Positions 1 to 12,794 of a stretch of 64,000 nt of DNA are shown piece by piece (the stretch's first letter is position 1; each line of letters begins with the position of its first letter). This stretch comes from Trichosphaerium sp. ATCC 40318 (lineage: Eukaryota > Protista > Tubulinea). The stretch covers positions 1 to 64,000 of the forward strand of contig JALMLS010000207.1 in assembly GCA_038496445.1 (NCBI GenBank), given 5' to 3'. Below the pieces are notes generated by a model. The model was given only the letters and a program-made list of their open reading frames with translations, searched no databases and was not told where the DNA came from. The translations under genes were made by a program, and so were the position numbers.

Positions 1-2952
1 ATTCTTACTTCTAGTTGCTGATACTTTATTGTAGTTACCCTGCAAATGATTCGTTGCTGGTTGTATTATTAACACAAGCTATTGATACCCTTATTGATAC
101 GTTCTACGCATCTAATAGGGAGAAGGTGATGCGTGAGTACATCTACCAACCAAGTGGTTCTGTGGAGCGTGTTTTCTCTTATCAACAGCTTGTGAATGCT
201 GTTATGCAAGGAGAAAAGACCGTAAATGCCCCAGAAACCAATGAAACCATACAAATAGATGCCATCGCTCCTGAGATTGCACTGAGCCACTTGCCTCTTT
301 TGACTAATGTTGAGAGACAAGAGAAACTAGGCGAAGGGGCTTTCTCAACCGTGTACAGAGGGTTCACTAGCTCAGGGAGGAAGTTGCTGTTAAGGAGCTC
401 AAGAATAATACCGGTGAATCAGACTTCCGTGAGTTTACAAAAGAGGCGTGGGTGATGAGGTATGTTAACTTTTCTTTTTTGATCAAACACTAAGTCATAT
501 TCTTTAGTACCTTGGACCACGAGAATCTTGTAAAATTGCTTGGTATCGAGCTACAACCACTTTCCCTTATTACAGAGTATATTCCTGGCAACACACTTCA
601 TCATCATCTTCATGATGCTGACTTGAGTGACCAGCAATTTGATTGGGAAATACGTATTCGCATAGGTGTGCCTAACGGATGATTTATAATCAAATACTTT
701 TACTGACTTGATAATTTCTAGCAATTGATATTGCACGTGGTTTGCTGTACCTTGCAACACGCACACCACCAATTATTCATCGCGATCTAAGGTCCCTAAT
801 ATATTTGTACGTGAATGATAGATTCATTTGAGAAATGTATATTGACACAATTACAAGATTGCGTCATTAGATCCATCACAAGATGTTATTGCAAAGGTTG
901 GAGATTTTGGTTTAGCGCAGGTACGATCTTGGAAAAGAATATCATAACTCATCTAATGATAAACGTAGCATGCTGCACATGGTCTCAATGAAACATTGGC
1001 TACATTCCAATGGCTAGCACCTGAAGTATTGGATGATAATTCAAAGTATGATGAGCGTTCTGACATTTACAGTTTTGGTGTTGTACTATGGGAGTTAGCT
1101 TCAAGGTAATTATACTCGTTTAGTAGAGATTCATGACTAACCTTCTTATTTAAGGCAATTCCCATTCTCTGCAAACACAGAGTTTATTACACGTCGTACA
1201 GAGCCATTAACACCCCAGCAACTCTCAGACCCTGCGTTTGTTGAACAGCTTCGTTCTTCAGGCTGGACAATTCGTGATAACCTTGCTGTTAATGAAGAAT
1301 ACAAGACTCAAGAGATCAGACATGCCATTATTGAGGGGTTACGCCCTACAATACCGAAAAACTGCCTTCCAGAGGTAGCAAGGGTTATGGAACGTTGCTG
1401 GGCAAAAGATCCTTCAAAAAGACCTGAATACGCTACTATTATCAGAGTATTCAGTGATATGTTCAGCTATGAGAATAGCTTTGATGAACACAAAGACCCT
1501 ATTGATAGACGCAAGTCAGCTCACAACCTTGCCTTATCATGGAGTATGTCTCAGTTGTCACCAACTGTCAGTCCTCGCGTGTCAGCATCTCGCAGCTCAT
1601 CTTTTCTGGCACCTCCACTGACGACTCCAAACAACACAACATCTTCCGCTACTCTAAAACGACCAACACCACCTACAAGCAATCAAAACCTTGCAGCTAT
1701 AGCTAAGAAGATAGAGCCTACAGAACCTCCAAAACCAGTGCAACCTCAACCTCCGAAACAAGTTGAACCTCCGAAGAAGGTAGAGCCAGCACAGCCTCCA
1801 AAGCCAGTGCAACCTCCAAAACAGACAGAACCTTCGAAACTAGCAGAGTTAGTACACAGTGTAACTGGTAGCGCTGCATCGAAGTCAATATTCCTTATGG
1901 ATGGATATGTTTGGTGTGGTAGCGAGGATGGTCAAATTACTACATATAACTTTGGCGATCACGTATGTTTTGGTCAAATGTTACATGGTTCTAACCTTAT
2001 TTAGGCTCAACCTCCATGGGGTTTTCAAGGACATAACCAACCTATCAATGCAATGCTTAAGGTTGGCGAAAATGTGTGGACAGCAGCAGATTCACTTAAG
2101 TTATGGTCAATAATGGTGTGTTGATTGTAATAGTAAAATAATATTAACGACTTCTTTTAGGACCTTTCTAATGGTGGTACTGAACTGTCAGGGCATGCAA
2201 CTAAAGTTAATGTAATATTACGCGTTGCAAATGACTATATGTGGACAGCTGATTCCAGTGGTAATATTGTAATGTGGAGCTTGGTACGATAATTTTTTTT
2301 GGAAGCTTTTTTTTGGTTTGAAAAAGAGATTAACGTTTTCTTTTAGGATGGCAGTAAACTGCATCAAACTTCCATTTGTCAGGAATCTATAACCTGTATG
2401 TGCTTCGTAGAGGTAGGTGCAGGGTCTCAGTTTGTTTGGGTGGGAACAGAGCAAGGTAACATTCACGTTGTCAGCCTTGAAACTGCCCAGAGTACTGGTA
2501 CTTGGAATGCGCACGCTTCGCCTGTACACTCTATTATTTGTGTAAATAATGGGCAAGAAGTGTGGAGTAGTGGGGACACAAAGGTAGCCGCATGGCCTAC
2601 TAACGTACGAGCTTGTCCTTAGTAGACTCTTTTCTGATCTTTTTTTAGTGGCAGGGTGGCGAACAACCGACTTTTATACCTTGTAGCTCACCTGCTACTT
2701 GTTTAATTAGTATAGAAGACCGTGACCACGTATGGGTCGCTCTAGGTAACAGCGTGATACAGATTATGAATAAAAAGGTGCGAACTACAACCAAAAACTA
2801 TTGTAATGGTGGTTAACCTCTTAATGCTTTAGACAAAAAAAGTGGACTCCACGTGGAGTGGGTTTAATGGCCGCGTAAGAACGTTTGCTCTTGGCGGTGG
2901 CTGTGTATACAGTGGTAGTGGTAATTCAGTTTATTGTTGGCGCTACAAGTAG
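1..2952 (+). CDS. TKL-group (Roco/Pats1-like) protein kinase with Pro-rich linker and C-terminal WD40-like repeats; 5'-partial, multi-exon
   Basis: Spliced translation gives LGEGAFSTVYRG, VAVK, HRDLRSPNI, KVGDFG, WLAPE and SDIYSFG. A COR-tail-like IDAIAPEIAL precedes the kinase. A PKPVQP linker and VWCGSEDG/VWTA/VWVG/VWSS beta-propeller motifs follow. Two 1-nt homopolymer deletions (~376, ~795) must be corrected. Confidence 0.85.
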
Positions 2953-3152
2953 CCGCACAAATATAAAAACCACTCACTGTAATAAAAATGTACATTACGT
3001 AAGTCGCTTGTAATTGTTCTGGAAGTGCGCCTTATGGCGCTCGGGGGTATGATCAGCCGAGTGTGAACTGAAAGCTTCTTCTAGCGAAAACACAGTTTGT
3101 TACGACATTACGTTATTCCAACAATCCAAATAACTCAAGGCCTTGTACGCTC

Positions 3153-3804
3153 ATGTTCAATAAACGAAAAGGTTGGTTTGGGTAACATTCGAAGATACCG
3201 ACAAAGTCAAACGATTTCTCACTAAACCGTATAATTTTCTATTTACGTATTAGACAAGCGTAAGCAGTACTACAAGGCGTTTCATATCATAAATTATACA
3301 AATGGAACGACTTCAAAGCTCGTCTCAGGTAAAAACAAAAAAATACGCTACAGCGAAACTTTATCGGCGTTACGGCCACAAAATGGTTTTTATCGCTTTT
3401 TCCAACGCCAATTACGAAGTAAAAGATAAAACGTAGTTGTTTTCGAAAGAGTTATTACGAAATTACGAGTTTTTCGTACTGAATAGTATTTTAAAGGGCC
3501 CAGGTGGTGCGCAATCACGCATAGAAATAGCACAAGAAGAAAGTAATGACGGAGAACAAAAAATACAGAATACTCAAAACGCAACGAACCCAGCAGTTAG
3601 ACCGCGCCATCAGTGCGCGCCCAAGAAATTTTTTTGCTATTACCATCCCAGTGCGTCTTGATGCTGACTTTGTCTTTTTTTAGGTCAATAAAGTCTCGTA
3701 GTACACCTATAGCAAGGAATATACTCACAAAATTACCACACTCTTCTCGACATATGTTTATGAGTAGAGTTTTCCTCATAGATGGTGAAACACTTCTTGT
3801 GTAA
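3153..3804 (+). CDS. Small hypothetical spliced protein
   Basis: ATG at 3153, GT-AG bounded segments and short ORFs ending in TAA at 3804. No recognisable motif and the frame joins are uncertain. Confidence 0.3.
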
Positions 3805-4167
3805 CGTCATCGCTTTGTATAGAAAAAAAAAGAAAGCGGTACGCTTTGTGGCATCATCACCCTTTTCACTAAAAAATCGAAAATGGATATGACTTTTTTA
3901 CTTACTTTTTTACGTTTAGGTAAACTGGTACCATTGAAATACTTGCTTTTTTAAGGGTGAATTACAAAAAAACGACTTTCCGGAATATTCGTCGTACTAT
4001 CGCATTGACCTTTTTTTGTTTGTTATCCGTACTGTAATATAATATATAATAGAACGTAGTGTTAAAAAAACGCTTCTGGACCAAGTTTATTTTTTTTCAA
4101 TCTGAAAAATATTTGTCGAGCAACTTTCTGAGTTTTTTCTGATTTCAATGTGTCAAAATTGGAGTGT

Positions 4168-6228
4168 CTAACATTTCATTGCATTTGCGAAGGCTTCGAT
4201 ACCAGCTCCTTTTTTAAACTCGTAGTTACATTCTGCGAGTGCTGTTTCAATTGCTTCAACTGTTTTGGTCCTTAAAAACAAGTTAATCTTGTAAATGATG
4301 GTAACGACATACAAATGACCAAGTGCTGGTCTTGTTGCTGATATTGACATGTGACCAACTCTGAAGTATTCTGCTTTTATGTCTTTGTGTAGTCCTCCTG
4401 CAAGAATGACGCCCTGGGCTTTAATTTTTGGTAGAAGAGAACCAGCTAGAGATATGTTTAGTCGTAACACAATAATAGTAACTCTTCTAAACTTTCCATA
4501 CCATTTATGCCTTCAGGGAAGCGTACACAAGAAAGCGTATTTGCTTCCAAGTACGATTCGACTGGTACTGTACCTAATCCGAGAGCTTTTACAGCTACAT
4601 AACAATATTAGGACGAGTAAAAACAATTACATCCTTTCTAAGGCGTGTTGTGGTATACCTGATTTGAAAGCTGCAGCTGCCTACGCTCGGTAAATAAGAG
4701 AATGACAATTATGTTACATACCTTCTTGTGTTTGCTCCAGTTTGCTTCCATACCACCTTGACAAATAGGATTAATAATTCAGTAGTCTACTAATGGAGTT
4801 TGCTGATGATAATTGTACACATACCATCGGCGAGCATTTGGGTCAATGACACGTGCAACGCAGTGATGAGATTAACTGGAGGTGTAGCAAAATATGATGG
4901 TTTCAGTGACTCGTATGCTTTCATAATTGGAAGCCAGTTTTGCCAGTCAGCATAGTAATTAGGAACCTATTTTAGAAAACAAAATTACAACCAACAAAAA
5001 AAAATTAAAAAAATGCAAAAGGTACCTTTTTTACTCTTGCTCCGTGTGTAGCCTGTTGATAATATTAAAACGCTAAAAAGACGTTGGTTTATATGCAAGA
5101 CGTACTATGGCACGTTCTGATGCCATTGAAACAGATAGACCTTCGATTTAAGGTTAAAAGACGTTACGAAAGTTTTTAAGAAAACTTACCTGGAGGAACG
5201 CCAAGAGCTTTCTGGCTTGCAGTCATTACGTAATCGATACCCCATTCATCCATTCGCAACTCTTCTCCAGCTAATTAAATTTTAGAATTTCATGTATCTT
5301 AAAGTATGATTACCTGATGCACAGACGCCATCAACTATAATTAATGTATCTGGTGATACTTCTTTTACAACTGCAGCAACGGATTTCACATCTAAACTTT
5401 GTTAAGCGTGATTCACGTGTAAAGGTTTACCCGCTAGTACTCCAGTACTGGTATCAACATGGGTTATCGTAACGCCACGATACTTCTTACTCGATAGAGC
5501 TTTCTATTTACAGTGTTAGCGTTGTTTTTACCTAATGATCACTTGAACAATTAAAACAACTCGTACCTTTATATCTTCCATTGATGGAAAAGTTCCAGCA
5601 GGTCCTTGGACTATATCTGCATTTACATTGTATGATTTGAACCTAACGATACTTTGTTGGCACAAAACAACAAACGTGATTATACGTTCACGCACGTGTT
5701 CAAAAATCGGTCACCGAACTATTTTGTAACTGTCAGTACAACAAAAAAACCGCTTTAAAAAAGGTCACGTACGTATCCTGAGCTAATGATAAGAGCGTCG
5801 CTGTCCTTTTTGGAAAGAAAAAGTTACAAACACTTTTTGTAAAATAGCTAAATACATACTTGTTCAAACAAGTTAACTACAGTTGCATCCCATCCTAAGG
5901 TGCCTATTCGTTTATTAGACGATGTTTACTGAGTTTTTAATGTACCTGAGGCTGAAATTACAAACGGTTGCCCTTTTTTACAGCAAAATACCTTTCTATA
6001 CATCATAAGCTACAGTCAGCGTAAACTACCAGTACCTTAGGTTTATTAACACTTCAGAGAAGATTTTAATGAATACAGGCGATACGTGGCTCTCTGGGCG
6101 CCTTCCTAGGCGACTTGTCATTTGTTTTTTAGTGAAAATGACATAAACATACCTAGCGCTTCGAGAACTTGTGGATCGACCTCGATTGGTCCTGGTATCA
6201 TTAAAATAGGGCTTGAAGATGCGCTCAT
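4168..6228 (-). CDS. AGXT: Alanine-glyoxylate / serine-pyruvate aminotransferase (class V PLP enzyme), many micro-exons
   Basis: N-terminus [45 protein letters not shown]-lysine motif [18 protein letters not shown], and C-terminal GGL..YFRVGHM. Confidence 0.92.
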
Positions 6229-6939
6229 GATTGTTTAGAATGGATGAAAAGTCAAAAGATAGTTCAAAAGAAATAAAGACTTCGAAATTATTATTATTAT
6301 TTTATTTAACGTCAACGGTCTTCCTTTCGGAAAACCTAAGTTCTACTGGTCCACTAAGACACTACAAGAGGTAAACTCTGAACTTCTAGACGCAGCCAGG
6401 TTATTATGGGCGACTGATAAAAAAAAAAGGGGGAAAAAAACAAGAAAGAATACCAATATACAGAAAAGGAGACGAGGTGACCTAGAGTTTCTAAACAGTG
6501 TGAGACCATTATGCCAATAAACTTATAATAGTGAACCATGCTATAACGTAAGCTTCTAACCTAACTTCTCCATAAACTAACTTCAACTATAAAAGGAAAG
6601 CCCGGTAAGAATAGAAACAAATGTAAAAGAAAGAAAGAGGAGAAATTTCAAGATACTAAAGACCTAAGATATTTCTAATATTGTCATTAGCCAATGCAAA
6701 AACCCTCGGCCCTAGGTAAGCGCCCACCGATTTCTTATATGTGATATCTTTCTTACAACGTGATATATATCTTCTATATAATAATGCAATCAGTACCAAT
6801 TTCAAATATGGATTTTTAAGGAATTCCATATGATTTGGTAGACTTATTATTCATTGTTTTGTAGTTGAAAAATACTAGCCTTTTAGACATGATTTCCATA
6901 TGTAAATAAACAAAATTAGTTCTTAATTAATGTCAAATA

Positions 6940-7285
6940 GTAAGGTAGAATTCCAGATGAATACCAAGGTAGAATTCATATTGAAAAATAAGCGTGAATT
7001 CAGCCCCAAAAACAAGCTAGATTTAAGCTGGAAAATAAGGTAGAATTCAGACTGAAAACCAAGGTAGAATTCATATTTAAAAATAAGCGTGAATTCAGCC
7101 CCAAAAACAAGCTAGATTTAAGTTGGAAAATAAGGTAGAATTCAGACAAAAAAATAAGCGTGAATTCAGCCCAAAAACAAGCTAGATTTAAGCTGGAAAA
7201 TAAGGTAGAATTCAGACTGAAAAATAAGCGTGAATTCAGCGGAAAATAAGGTAGAATTCAGGCTGAAAATAAGTATGAATTAACC
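6940..7285. repeat. Subterminal array of the left end (AAGGTAGAATTC / AAGCGTGAATTCAGCC units)
   Basis: Repeated GAATTC-cored units. A longer unit (aagcgtgaattcagccccaaaaacaagctagatttaagctggaaaataaggtagaattcaga) occurs three times. Confidence 0.9.
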
Positions 7286-7376
7286 ACAAATAAAAATTCT
7301 ATTTATTACTAAATACTACAATTGCAAATCGTATTCCAAGCTGTCGTTCAAAAAACTTTCTAAGAAACAAACCAAT

Positions 7377-9472
7377 TCAAGGGTTTACAGGCAAGATGAA
7401 ATAATCTGAATGTTGCTCCAGTTGATCGTGCAAATAATCTACAGTCCATTTATTGTGTTGCACTAAAAAAATAAGCATCAGCATCAAACACTTGCAATTG
7501 CAAAACAACAACGCACAATGAGGATACTTGGAGCAGATGTCAATGCCAGTGTGGTGATGTATTTTCTGAGTCAAGTCTTTACGCTGTTTGTATGTGCCTG
7601 AAACTCTGATAGCGTTCTTGTCAGTATCACATGTTTTAATCCAATCATAGCAAACAGCTTTAAGGAGTATGAGCGCTGATGCGCCAGGAGATGCATTGCC
7701 CGAAAATGTGACCTGGTGAATGTCTTTTTGTTCATCTATAGTAAAGTGCTTCCTCACAGCTACACACGCATTATCCATCAAGTTCTTTCTGGCTAAAACA
7801 AAATAAGTTTATTGCAAAGCCAAAGACATTTAATCAGTACGTACCCACAAAAGAAAAGGAGCCTTTATAAAAAACCAACATGGACCAGTGCCACTGTGCA
7901 TTCGCATCGTACTTTTCCAAAGTAGGGTGTTCACACACACAAACACTGGTGTTAGTGTAACATAGAGGAACAACAAAGATTGAGGTACAGTCTTCATCCA
8001 AGTTGTGTTCATTCTGCAGCATAAAAGTGTCAGTGTCACCGCCTTCATTTAACACATGGAACGTACAAAGTTTCCCTGAAGAATAGGTGCTTTAGCTACT
8101 AGCGTGTATTGTGTATCGTCGTGCAAAAAAGCCAAAAGAGCATCCATGGTAAAGATGTAATCCTCGCAAAAGAGTGGCAAACAGTCCAACAGCTTCACTT
8201 TGTTCTCGCCAATTTCCACCTCTTCGTTAGCAAACAACTTGAACTACAAAAACAAAGGTGTTAGGTGTGGAATTCAAAAGTAGTGCAAGTACAACAGGAC
8301 TCTCCACAACACTGTCCTGGCTCACAACGCCTGGTTCTGGCGGGAGGCTAATGTGATCATTGAACTCAGGCAAAGAATACCCTTTATTACCAGCTTCCAT
8401 GCGCTTCCCCGCCGACTGCAAGTCCACCACTACTCCTGAACCATCTTCTAGCAATATAGCCTATTAGAATGGAGCGTTAGGTGCATATAAAGTAAAGAGC
8501 ATTAGGATACCGCTTCAGCCGCACTGTTCTGAGCAGTCAAAAGATCTGGGTGCCTGTAGTTAGGGTCATTCGCTATTCTTTCAAATCTTGGAAACTCGGT
8601 TATGAGTTTTGAATACTCGGCAGATACAGACTCATCCGTTACTTTTCCAGTTGCCCACTTGCCAAACTCCTTTCTTATTTTCTATACCAAGGTTATTCAA
8701 ATCAGTGTCAGTTTTGTACATGTTTGTAAAAGATCTGCATGGCGGCATAGTCTTGCTTGGGTTCATGGTCAGATGATATCAAAGCGTGGGCAATGTTCCA
8801 ACACTTGTGCACTAAACGTGTGTCAGTTGACCTAAAAAAAAAACAAAGAAAAAGAGTACCCAACAAATCCATATCTAGCAACGCTTCTTCTTTGACATTC
8901 TTGTTTTTGAACTCATAGTGTAACAGCTTGTTAATAGTTCTTGCCGATTTATGGAACACAGTCTTAGTTCTGAACGCATCTAGTTGTGCTAGATCCTTAA
9001 CACGAACTGGTCTATTCATATTACATAGCGCCAGCTCATTTATCTCTTTCTTCAAGCAGTCGTCATCCAGCATGGTCGTGTACGAGTGACAGTACCAAAG
9101 ATACCTTTTAATTACTGCTTTTTTGAACGGCTAAAATGGGTTACAAGATTAGTAAGAATTTTAAAAAAAAAGTAATCGTACCAAAGGAATTTCGTCTTGG
9201 TTTTTGTCCAACTGTTTAAGCAGTTGCTGTAGTTCGACTTTTAGCTTCTGTATCTCAGCGTTATGGGATTTGCTAGCCTTTTGTATTGACAATAGCATCG
9301 TTGTCTGTTCACTCATTCTATTCAACACCACTTGAATGCTGTCTAAAGGTTACAAGTTAAAAGCTTGCTTACAAGCACATTGTAACGTACCATACACCTG
9401 CTTTTGCTGAGCAGCCATCGTTTTGGCCATATGGTGGTACTCCAGTGTCTTTTTGGGCTTTGGTTGGGACAT
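7377..9472 (-). CDS. Transposon gene 2 (left arm): coiled coil plus degenerate Ulp1/C48 peptidase-like domain, multi-exon
   Basis: Spliced ORF MSQPKPKKTLEY...; KVKLLDCLPLFCEDYIFTMDALLAFL and IFVVPLC...WHWSMLVF resemble Ulp1 catalytic-domain motifs. The exact 3' end is uncertain. Confidence 0.6.
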
Positions 9473-10370
9473 GCTGCTCTTGTGGGGGTGATTCACGCGT
9501 TCTAAAAGGTTTGGTAGGCAAAGAGCAGTGTGAGCTCTAAGAAATTCTTAGAAGTTCTCAAAAAGAAAAAAAAAACACTGCTTGTGCTAAAGCCCAAACA
9601 ACAGCTAGTTCAAACTGGCATTACCTTTCCTATGAAACTCCGTGAAAACTCACGTGGATCTACTGTGGAATTACCAGAAAACTTGAAAGTGAAAAAAAAA
9701 GTAAGAACAATAAAATAATATGAAAATACATTATTTTATTGTTGGGATTTTTTTGAAGTTCTTCGCCTCTTTTGCGGTGGCTCTTCACTAGACTTGGGTG
9801 GATCTTTGTCAACGTCCATAAAATCCTCTGCGTCTTCTTCCGAGGTGCGTTTACGTTTCAGAGACCTTGTTAGCAAGAATTGTTGTCCCAGGTCAAATTC
9901 CCCACCAGCTTGCTCCAAATAGTGGCGTTGCACTATGTCACATGAGTACTTTGCACATTTGGACAAACACAACTGCAACAAAAAAAAAAAAAAAAAAAAA
10001 CTGTCGTACGTTTCTGTAGCACGGGCAAATACTCTTTGGGAAAACACATCATAGCCATTGCCATTTCTACATTTTGTTGGGTTTTAGAGTCCTTGAACGA
10101 TACCAGACCATCATGGACATAGGGTACCATAGCTTTAGCAACATTTAGTTTTAGTATTGGTAAACTCAACATTGCACTGGTCAAAGGCCCAGTAATAGGC
10201 GTTGTAACAGCTGTTCCATGTGCAGCTGATTGTACATCTTCTTCTTGTTGCTGTTGCACGTCCTTCTGATGAGTATCTGGTGTCTCAGCTTGTATCTGTT
10301 GGGTTGGTTTTTGTGTGGTAGGCAAACTGGGCGTTGTAGGAGCTGTTCCGTGTGCAGCTGATTGTACATA

Positions 10371-11493
10371 CAGTGGTAAATTTAAATCGGGGTTTTTAAG
10401 GGATTCCGTCTTAAAATCCTAAGGATTTATAAGCGGAAAATCTCTTCCTTTATTCCTATGGAATCCGGACGGAATTCCCTATGGAATCCAAATGGAATTC
10501 CCTATGGAATCCGGATGGAATTCCTTAAAGAATCTGGACGGAATTCCTTAAGGATTAACAACGGAATTCCCAATGGATTTTTTATGAAATTCCAAACAAA
10601 TTACAATATTTACATCAAGTTTTGTAGCACAAAATTCGTTTTATTTACCAATGATAATTTAGTTACGAAACGCAAATGTTCCACACGCTATCGTGTACAG
10701 GTCAAACTCATCAAATCTTTCCAATCTTTGGCCAAGAATTTTATCGCACCTGGTATTGCAATCATAAATTGCTAATAACGCATTCGTAGAAGCTAAAATA
10801 AGAAAAGAGTAGTTTTTTGATAAATTAAATGGAAATAACCTTCAAAAACAACGTACTTGAGATTAATGCCCTAAATGCGTGTCCTAGTGGTGTGTAAAGG
10901 CCTTTGAAATGCTTTACAAGCCTCAAAACGGATTAGTAAGCGATATAGAAATATCACTGCTAACGAAAATCACCAAAATACTTATCTCGCTTACTTTTTG
11001 ATTAAACGTCTTTTCGTTGTATCCATTGGTTTTCTACACCAATAAAAGGGTGACGATGTGGTTTACTAAAAAAAAACTTGGTTAGGTAAGGCTTTGATAG
11101 TTGTCGAAATAATGAATAATTTTGAATTTTCACCAAAAATATTTTTCAAAGGAATTCTCACAAAATCCATACGGAATTTCGTTAAAAATCCCTATGGAAT
11201 TCCATTAAAAATCCCAAGGGAATTCCCTACAAAATCCATATGGAATTCCGTTAAAAATCCCTTCAATTATTCCCGTTGATATGCTGCCAACATTTGCCAA
11301 TATTGTTGTTTGGGATTTTTTTACAAATCCCAAGGAATTCCTTATTTTAATGGAATATAGCAGAAATCCCATCAAAAATCCAATCGAAAATTCAGATTGC
11401 TTAGGGATTTTTTCCACAATTCCGCTAAAATCCTTAAAAAACACGGAATTTAACAGGATTCCAGAGGAAAATCCCGTTTTTAATTTACTACTG
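10371..11493. mobile_element. Nested non-autonomous TIR element 1 (~1.12 kb)
   Basis: Imperfect TIRs CAGTGGTAAATTTAAATCGGG / CAGTAGTAAATTAAAAACGGG with dense GGAATTCC/GGATTCC subterminal repeats. It is inserted in the repeat GATTGTACATCTTCTTC, leaving ATA/ATC flanks (AT duplicated plus one base). Confidence 0.88.
10659..11026 (-). CDS. Spliced mini-ORF (~76 aa) or captured gene fragment inside nested element 1
   Basis: Removing two introns (gtaagc..tactaat..gag and gtacgt..ttttag) gives MDTTKRRLIKKLVKHFKGLYTPLGHAFRALISTSTNALLAIYDCNTRCDKILGQRLERFDEFDLYTIACGTFAFRN*, followed by AATAAA. Confidence 0.5.
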
Positions 11494-12107
11494 ATCTTCT
11501 TCTTGTTGCTGTTGCACGTCCTTCTGATGAGTATCTGGTGTCTCAGCTTGTATCTGTTGGGTTGGTTTTTGTGTGGTAGGCAAACCTGACGTTGTAGGAG
11601 CTGTTCCGTGTGCAGTTGATTGTACATCTTCTTCTTGTTGCACGTTACCCTGAGCAAGATTTATCTCTATGGTCGGTTCTTGCGAAGCCGTTAAATCAGG
11701 CGTTGTAGGAGCTGCACCATGTGCAGCTGATTGTACATCTTCTTCTTGTTGTTGCACGCTATCCTGAGCATCTGTATCAAGATTTATCTCTCGGGTTGGT
11801 TCTCGTGAAACTGTTGTAGCAGCTGGTGAAGATGGCACATTTGTTGTCCTACGATGTTGTTCTGGATTTTGAGCTCTGTCTTCATCTTGTTCTTTTTGTT
11901 GGTTTTCTTGTGTTGGAGCAGGTGCATTTGTAGGAGTGGTAGCATTGTTACCTTTAGTGGTGGCAGCGGCAATGGCTTGAGCAGCGGCACGAGCTTCAGC
12001 AGCAGCAGCAGCGACACGAGCTTCGGCAGCGGCAATGGCTTGAGCAGCGGCACGAGCTTCAGCAGCGGCAGCAGCAGCAACATGGCGAGAATTGACATCT
12101 GTTGGTG

Positions 12108-12410
12108 GAGGATCAGCAGCGGCATCTGGTTGAGGGCTGGGCTCATGTGGTGGAAGATTAGTAGTGGCATCTGGTTGAGGGTTGGGTTCATGAGGAGGAT
12201 TAGCAGTGGCATCTGGTTGAGGGTTGGGTTCATGAGGAGGATTAGCAGTGGCATCTGGTTGAGGGTTGGGTTCATGAGGAGGATTAGCAGTGGCATCTGG
12301 TTGAGGGTTGGGCTCATGAGGAGGATTAGCAGTGGCATCTGGTTGAGGGTTGGGTTCATGAAGAGGATTAGCAGCGGCATCTGGTTGAGGATTGGGTTCA
12401 TGTGGTGGAC
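12108..12410 (-). repeat. 42-bp coding tandem repeat, ~7 copies (NPPHEPNPQPDATA)
   Basis: Unit ggattagcagtggcatctggttgagggttgggttcatgagga is visible directly and in ORF 11488-12684. Confidence 0.95.
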
Positions 12411-12794
12411 CATGTGCATCACGCTGACGACGAAGACGATGACGATGATTAGGAGGGGGTTGGTTATTGTCGATAATAGTGAAACGAAAGTCAGGATTGC
12501 TCAGCCTAAAACGTGCAAGAGCAGCATTGAATGAAGCATTCATATGCCGAGTATCACGAGACCCATCAGGCATAATCCGTTGCTTGTGAATAACATCTAA
12601 ATCATCAGCCATCATATGTTTCTCATCGCTATCAGGTGTACTATAGTCCTCTGAACTGTCGGAACTGTCGTCACTGCCTCCCAAATGATAGGTGGGTCAA
12701 CATAGCCTGAAGGCATGTCTCCATCCCACTGTGGGTATTCATCAATGTGTTTTGTTGACTCTACCATCCTTTTAATGGTGGCTGCCATGTGATA

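Larger units (their letters stand above)
9736..12794 (-). pseudogene. Transposon gene 1 (left arm): low-complexity repeat protein with C-terminal NLS, interrupted by a nested element, 5' end missing
   Basis: ORF 11488-12684 (...QQQQEED) resumes as VQSAAHG... below 10370 once 10371-11493 and the duplicated bases are removed. It ends KRKR...PPQKRRRTSKKSQQ*. Confidence 0.75.

Noticed and set aside
370-800. Frameshifts in conserved genes (kinase ~376 and ~795; also fucosidase ~55448 and glycosyltransferase ~57618) as programmed frameshifting or insertional RNA editing
   Set aside because: All fall in short G/C homopolymers and are fixed by restoring missing bases, the usual long-read consensus error. 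Accurate DNA reads would settle it.
6940-7285. GAATTC-repeat arrays (also 10440-10590 and 11150-11470) as CRISPR arrays
   Set aside because: No unique spacers, no cas genes, eukaryotic context; they sit just inside TIRs as subterminal repeats.
11784-12534. ORFs 11854-12534 (+) and 11784-12422 (-)
   Set aside because: Shadow frames of the 42-bp coding repeat.
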